Shown here in pieces: positions 38,908-42,755 of a stretch of DNA of 42,755 nucleotides (positions within the stretch are counted from its first letter, which is position 1; each line of letters opens with the position of its first letter). The stretch comes from Fimbriimonadia bacterium (GTDB lineage: Bacteria > Armatimonadota > Fimbriimonadia > Fimbriimonadales > JABRVX01), in contig JBGPGO010000025.1 in NCBI GenBank assembly GCA_041483895.1, positions 1-42,755 on the forward strand. Reading direction: 5' to 3'. A program made the position numbers and the translations under genes. Below the pieces are notes generated by a model. The model did no database searches. It saw nothing but the letters and a program-made list of their open reading frames with translations, and was not told the DNA's origin.

Positions 38908-39906
38908 ATGATTATAAGCGTTCTGCTGAATGTTGCCATGATCTCGTCGCTGACCATGACCGGACCGGACAAGAAGGCCGAGGCGCTTGTGCAAAAGCAC
39001 ATCGCCGCCGTAGGCACCGCTCAGTCCCTAACGGTGGAGATTGAAACCATAGTCGGGAGCGCAAGCCCGGTCCGATCGTCTATGACGCTCGCCCGCCCGG
39101 ACTTCGCTAAGTTCGAGACGCCCGGAAACATTCGTATTGTGGACGGGAAAAAGTACTCGGACTATTTCAAGGGGGAGAAGAAATTCTTCACCCGAGAGGC
39201 CCGGCCGAATGAGATTTCAGAGCTCCTTAGCGACGATACCTTCATGGCTTGGTCGCAGTTCTTCTCGAAGGACGCGTCCAAATTGCTGAAGACGGCTACC
39301 TATGACGGGACAGGGATAATCGACAAGAAGTCGTTCGAGTGTGTAAAGGTCACAATTGACCCGAGCGTGAACAAGACCGCGCGGATCTACTTCGATCCCA
39401 CTGACGGACTCGCCAAGCATGTCGAGTTCACCGTGGCAACCGCCGCTAAGGCCGTGAAGACGCTGGTCCTGAGCGACCGAGTTGACATCAACTTGGTTCA
39501 GGACGCCAAAGTCGCCTTCGCGATGCCGGCCGGGGCCGTCGAAGTCCCCGAAGCGGATCTTGTCGGGGTCAAGTGGTTCTACAGCTTGGATGAAGGTCTG
39601 AGGGTTGCTCAGGCGAGCGGCAAAAAGATCCTTCTCGACTTCTACGCAGATTGGTGACACTGGTGCCATGAATTAGACCGGACCGTGTACTCTACCAAGG
39701 AGTTTGCCCAGGCAGCGAAAGATTTCGTCCTGGTCAAAATGAACGGGGAAAAGGGGCAAGGTCCTGATCTAATGACCCGATACGGTGTATCTGGGTTTCC
39801 GACAATCAAATTCTTGAATAAGGACGGCGAAGTGGTTCACGAAATGGTCGGTTATCGCCCTGTTGAGGGCTTTATCGCGGAGATGCGAAAAGCCTTACAA
39901 AAGTAG
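38908..39906 (+). CDS. Exported LolA-like + thioredoxin-fold fusion with in-frame TGA in the redox motif (UxxC); probable selenoprotein
   Basis: AGGAGG RBS at 38895-38900. ...GKKILLDFYADW-TGA(39655-39657)-HWCHELDRTVY continues in frame to the thioredoxin C-terminus (GVSGFPTIKFL, cis-Pro motif) and TAG at 39906. Confidence 0.8.
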
Positions 39907-39932
39907 CCGTCCGCGACGAGACGAAAGAAATG

Positions 39933-39958
39933 ACCCTCCACAGCCCGCTGTGGAGGGT
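39933..39958. terminator. Palindrome between convergent genes (probable bidirectional terminator), same core as the array repeat
   Basis: ACCCTCCACAGC-cc-GCTGTGGAGGGT, flanked by GAAAGAAATG and TTCATTCTT. Confidence 0.7.
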
Positions 39959-39976
39959 TTCATTCTTGGAAGTCGG

Positions 39977-40507
39977 TCAGCTTGCTTTGGCTTCGTTGGC
40001 CGCTTGAAAGGCCCGGCGCTCGATCTCGGCGAAAGCCTTCTCCGCTACGGGGAGGTTTCGCCGAAGGCACTCCAATAGAACCTCAAGCCGATTAACCTCC
40101 TCGGTTAGCCGCAGGGAAATCGCGCTCACTCGATCCTCTTGGTCGGCGTCAGGGCCGGATTCGAATTTTTCCGCCATGCCGCGCCTTACGAGCTCATTAA
40201 CAATCACTTTCTTTACCGGAGTGTTGTAGATGTCCGTGTCTTTCATCACCGTCTCGCCCAATCGAAGCATGAACAGAGGATCCTGCAGGCGAGCGGGACC
40301 TTCTGTAAGAGTGAGCATCATCTGGGCCGCGGGATGGTCCATCCATCCAAAGGAGTGCTTCCGCTGAGCATCGGGGCGAACACCCAGCAGGTCCAGAACC
40401 CGTTCCTCTTCGGCGCCCTCCAGCATCCTCCCGTCTACGAAGAAGCGGATCTGATTGCCGAGCACTTCGGCCACGAATGGGATGGGGGCATCAACCTTCA
40501 AGCGCAT
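39977..40507 (-). CDS. Hypothetical protein
   Basis: 176-aa ORF co-oriented with and just downstream of the 40535-42580 gene. No motif recognised. Confidence 0.7.
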   Translation of the reverse strand: MRLKVDAPIPFVAEVLGNQIRFFVDGRMLEGAEEERVLDLLGVRPDAQRKHSFGWMDHPAAQMMLTLTEGPARLQDPLFMLRLGETVMKDTDIYNTPVKKVIVNELVRRGMAEKFESGPDADQEDRVSAISLRLTEEVNRLEVLLECLRRNLPVAEKAFAEIERRAFQAANEAKAS

Positions 40508-40534
40508 GCTCAGATTATCGGAAGAAACGGGAAC

Positions 40535-42580
40535 CTAAGAATAGAGCGGTTCCAAGTACATTTGGGTGGTTTCCGCCAGCCGTTTGAACCAGGCGCCGTC
40601 CGGCGACAGCATCGGCAACCACCAGGCGGTCGGACGAAAATCGGTTCGGACCAGCCCTTCGGATGTTAGGATGGCATCCCGGACCCAATTGAGCCGTTCG
40701 AGCTCGGCCCGGCGGGCAATCTTTCGGCGCGCTTCGTGCTTCGCAAGAACTTCCGGCGACCGGACTCGATCGAGCCGCCGCCGGCGGAGGTCCGCGATGC
40801 CGCTCCGAGCAGCCCGGATTTCGCTTCGGAGATCGTTCAGCATCGCATCGAACTCACTCGTTCGGCGCTCGATTTGCGTCTGAATATCGGCCTCCAGGAA
40901 GCTTTCTCCCAACGCCATCCGATCTTGCAAGGGCCTAACGGTGGCCCGGAAGTCCTCACCCTTTGCCCCCTCCAGCCGACTGTACTCGACCCGCGCCGCC
41001 CGCCACCGGCCGAACTGCTCCCGGATTTGCTCGGCGATCTGCGTCAGCTCCGTCTCGAATTCTCGAAGTTGAACCTCTAATTGGCTATATTCGTGCGCCA
41101 GTTGGGCCCAGCACTCGCTGCATCGATTCGACAACGCATCAATGAGGGCGCGCTGGCCACGGAGCTCCTTGAACTCCACAAGCAGGACCTTCCGATCCTC
41201 GACAATAGATTTCCACCGCTGCGCGAATTCGGGTGCGGAAACCTGATCCGTCACGAATGCCGCGGCCAAATGGTCAGGAAGCCGCAGCGGGATAGGGACG
41301 GCGGCGAGGGAACCCCAGGTGTCGTATTGCACCCGCAGTATCGGGTGCTGCGCGAAATCGATGCCGGACGCCTTGAGCGAATCGTTCATTTGCCGAGTTC
41401 GGAAGACGTAGTTCGAGCCGTGTTCGTGGAACAGGAACATGAATTCATGGGCCAGCATCGACACCAAGGTAATGGCCTTGCCCGTCACCACCACGCGATT
41501 GCCGAGAGCGGATTCGATCCAGGCTGCCAGGTGGGCGACAGACCGGATCGGTTCGCGAAGAGAAAAAAACATCGGCCGCGGGGTCATCACCACAACGTAT
41601 TTTTCCGTGACCCGCAGCGTGCCGCGACCGCGGCCGGGGACTACCAAATCGAACGGCAGCGCGCCGGGTCCAAATCGTGCCAATTCGTACATTGCTCCGC
41701 CTTCGAGCGACTCGTTATAGGCGCGTTCGCAGATCGGCCGTGACTCCGGCTGGAGGAACAGGTCGAGGAGCTTGAATCGGGGCAGGCTTGCTGTATCGGA
41801 CGTCAGATTGAGCAGGTTCACCGTGCTGGTTGGAAAAACGTTTTCTGGCGGATAGCCCAAGAGCATCTCATACAGTTTCGGCAGGGCGTCTTGGTAGAAA
41901 TCGGAAAGGGTCCAGTCCGGATGCTCGGCTGTGCTTGCCGCGACCATCCCGATCAGATTCTCCGCGACGGCAGCCGCCTCCAAGCGCCGTGCCGGGTCGC
42001 CGATGGAATGAGCCGTGCCGGTCGTGGCCCAACGCAACAGTTCTTGCAACGGCCCGGCCAGTTCGGCAAGGGGCAGTTCCGCGGTCACTCGTGGATCGTT
42101 CTTGTGAGGCGATACGAGACCACGCCATCCCCACGCCTCCGACATCTTCTCCAAAAGAGCCTCTTTGCCACCGGGAAAGTCTTTGGCGGCCCGATCGAAG
42201 TTGACGCGGTGTTGAGCGAACTGCTCCCGTGTGATCACCGTTTCGCTTCCAAAGAGCTGCGAAATCTCGCCGGCGGAGGTCCAAAGGTCTCTTGTGCTGC
42301 CGTCGTTATGCGGAAGGATCTGGTAGTCGTCCGACCGGGGGCTGTTTTTGGGGAGCTTGGAAAAGTAATCGGTGTCGTGGATGCCAAGGAGCATGGTTAC
42401 GGGCAGTTCGAGATCGTCCAACGCCCGGCGGACAGTGGCCTTCACGGGTTCGTCCCAGAAGACGGTCTGCCCCAAAGCGAGCAGTTTGACATTCGGGTAC
42501 TCCGCCGCTACCTGTTTCAGCGTCTGCGTTGCGCTGGAATCAAAACAAAAGGGCTCCCCCGCCCGGCTTGACCTTCCCAT
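40535..42580 (-). CDS. Large hypothetical protein with long C-terminal coiled coil
   Basis: ~680-aa open frame with a globular N-terminus (LGQTVFWDEP, GIHDTDYF) and a heptad-rich C-terminal third. Start uncertain. Confidence 0.8.
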   Translation of the reverse strand: MGRSSRAGEPFCFDSSATQTLKQVAAEYPNVKLLALGQTVFWDEPVKATVRRALDDLELPVTMLLGIHDTDYFSKLPKNSPRSDDYQILPHNDGSTRDLWTSAGEISQLFGSETVITREQFAQHRVNFDRAAKDFPGGKEALLEKMSEAWGWRGLVSPHKNDPRVTAELPLAELAGPLQELLRWATTGTAHSIGDPARRLEAAAVAENLIGMVAASTAEHPDWTLSDFYQDALPKLYEMLLGYPPENVFPTSTVNLLNLTSDTASLPRFKLLDLFLQPESRPICERAYNESLEGGAMYELARFGPGALPFDLVVPGRGRGTLRVTEKYVVVMTPRPMFFSLREPIRSVAHLAAWIESALGNRVVVTGKAITLVSMLAHEFMFLFHEHGSNYVFRTRQMNDSLKASGIDFAQHPILRVQYDTWGSLAAVPIPLRLPDHLAAAFVTDQVSAPEFAQRWKSIVEDRKVLLVEFKELRGQRALIDALSNRCSECWAQLAHEYSQLEVQLREFETELTQIAEQIREQFGRWRAARVEYSRLEGAKGEDFRATVRPLQDRMALGESFLEADIQTQIERRTSEFDAMLNDLRSEIRAARSGIADLRRRRLDRVRSPEVLAKHEARRKIARRAELERLNWVRDAILTSEGLVRTDFRPTAWWLPMLSPDGAWFKRLAETTQMYLEPLYS

Positions 42581-42755
42581 GCTTCCTCGTACTACGCAGT
42601 GTACCGTCAAACATCGCAAGCTAAAGCGTGCGGCTTGTATCTTATGGGGTATCAGATCCAGTAAAGAAAAATACATGGGTCTGGATTGGCTCAGTAAGGC
42701 AAGGCGGGGGGAGAGTCTGTCCCGCGGCTAAGCCCCTTTTGGAGGCTGCTCTGTA

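Noticed and set aside
39685..39906. Independent 73-aa gene
   Set aside because: It is the in-frame C-terminal half of a thioredoxin fold lacking its active site, and is better explained by TGA readthrough from 38908.

Overview
High-GC bacterial chromosomal window. Several lineage-style secreted proteins suggest Armatimonadota, but this is inference. Housekeeping and catabolic content: an S8 protease, a convergent histidine-utilisation cluster (hutU-hutI facing hutG-hutH-hppD), a sugar ABC system with a fused double permease next to a GH116 glycosidase, nrdR-nrdJ with two candidate NrdR boxes, a split glutaminase + nadE NAD synthetase, ALDH and epimerase, PGM/PMM, GNAT and a sigma-70 factor. 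The two most striking signals: (1) at 26.2-30.4 kb, five unrelated, co-oriented single genes are each preceded by one copy of a ~150-bp self-complementary repeat. The repeat is not a canonical attC, decays in a polar fashion and supplies the Shine-Dalgarno for three of the genes, giving an integron-like cassette array with no recombinase in the window. (2) At 38.9-39.9 kb, a LolA-like/thioredoxin fusion has a redox motif reading W-TGA-H-W-C (UxxC), a probable selenoprotein that the ORF track splits in two. Also noted: a candidate structured RNA at ~19.9-20.1 kb, two paralogs of an unknown Cys-containing secreted protein family flanking the hut cluster, and several REP-like elements.
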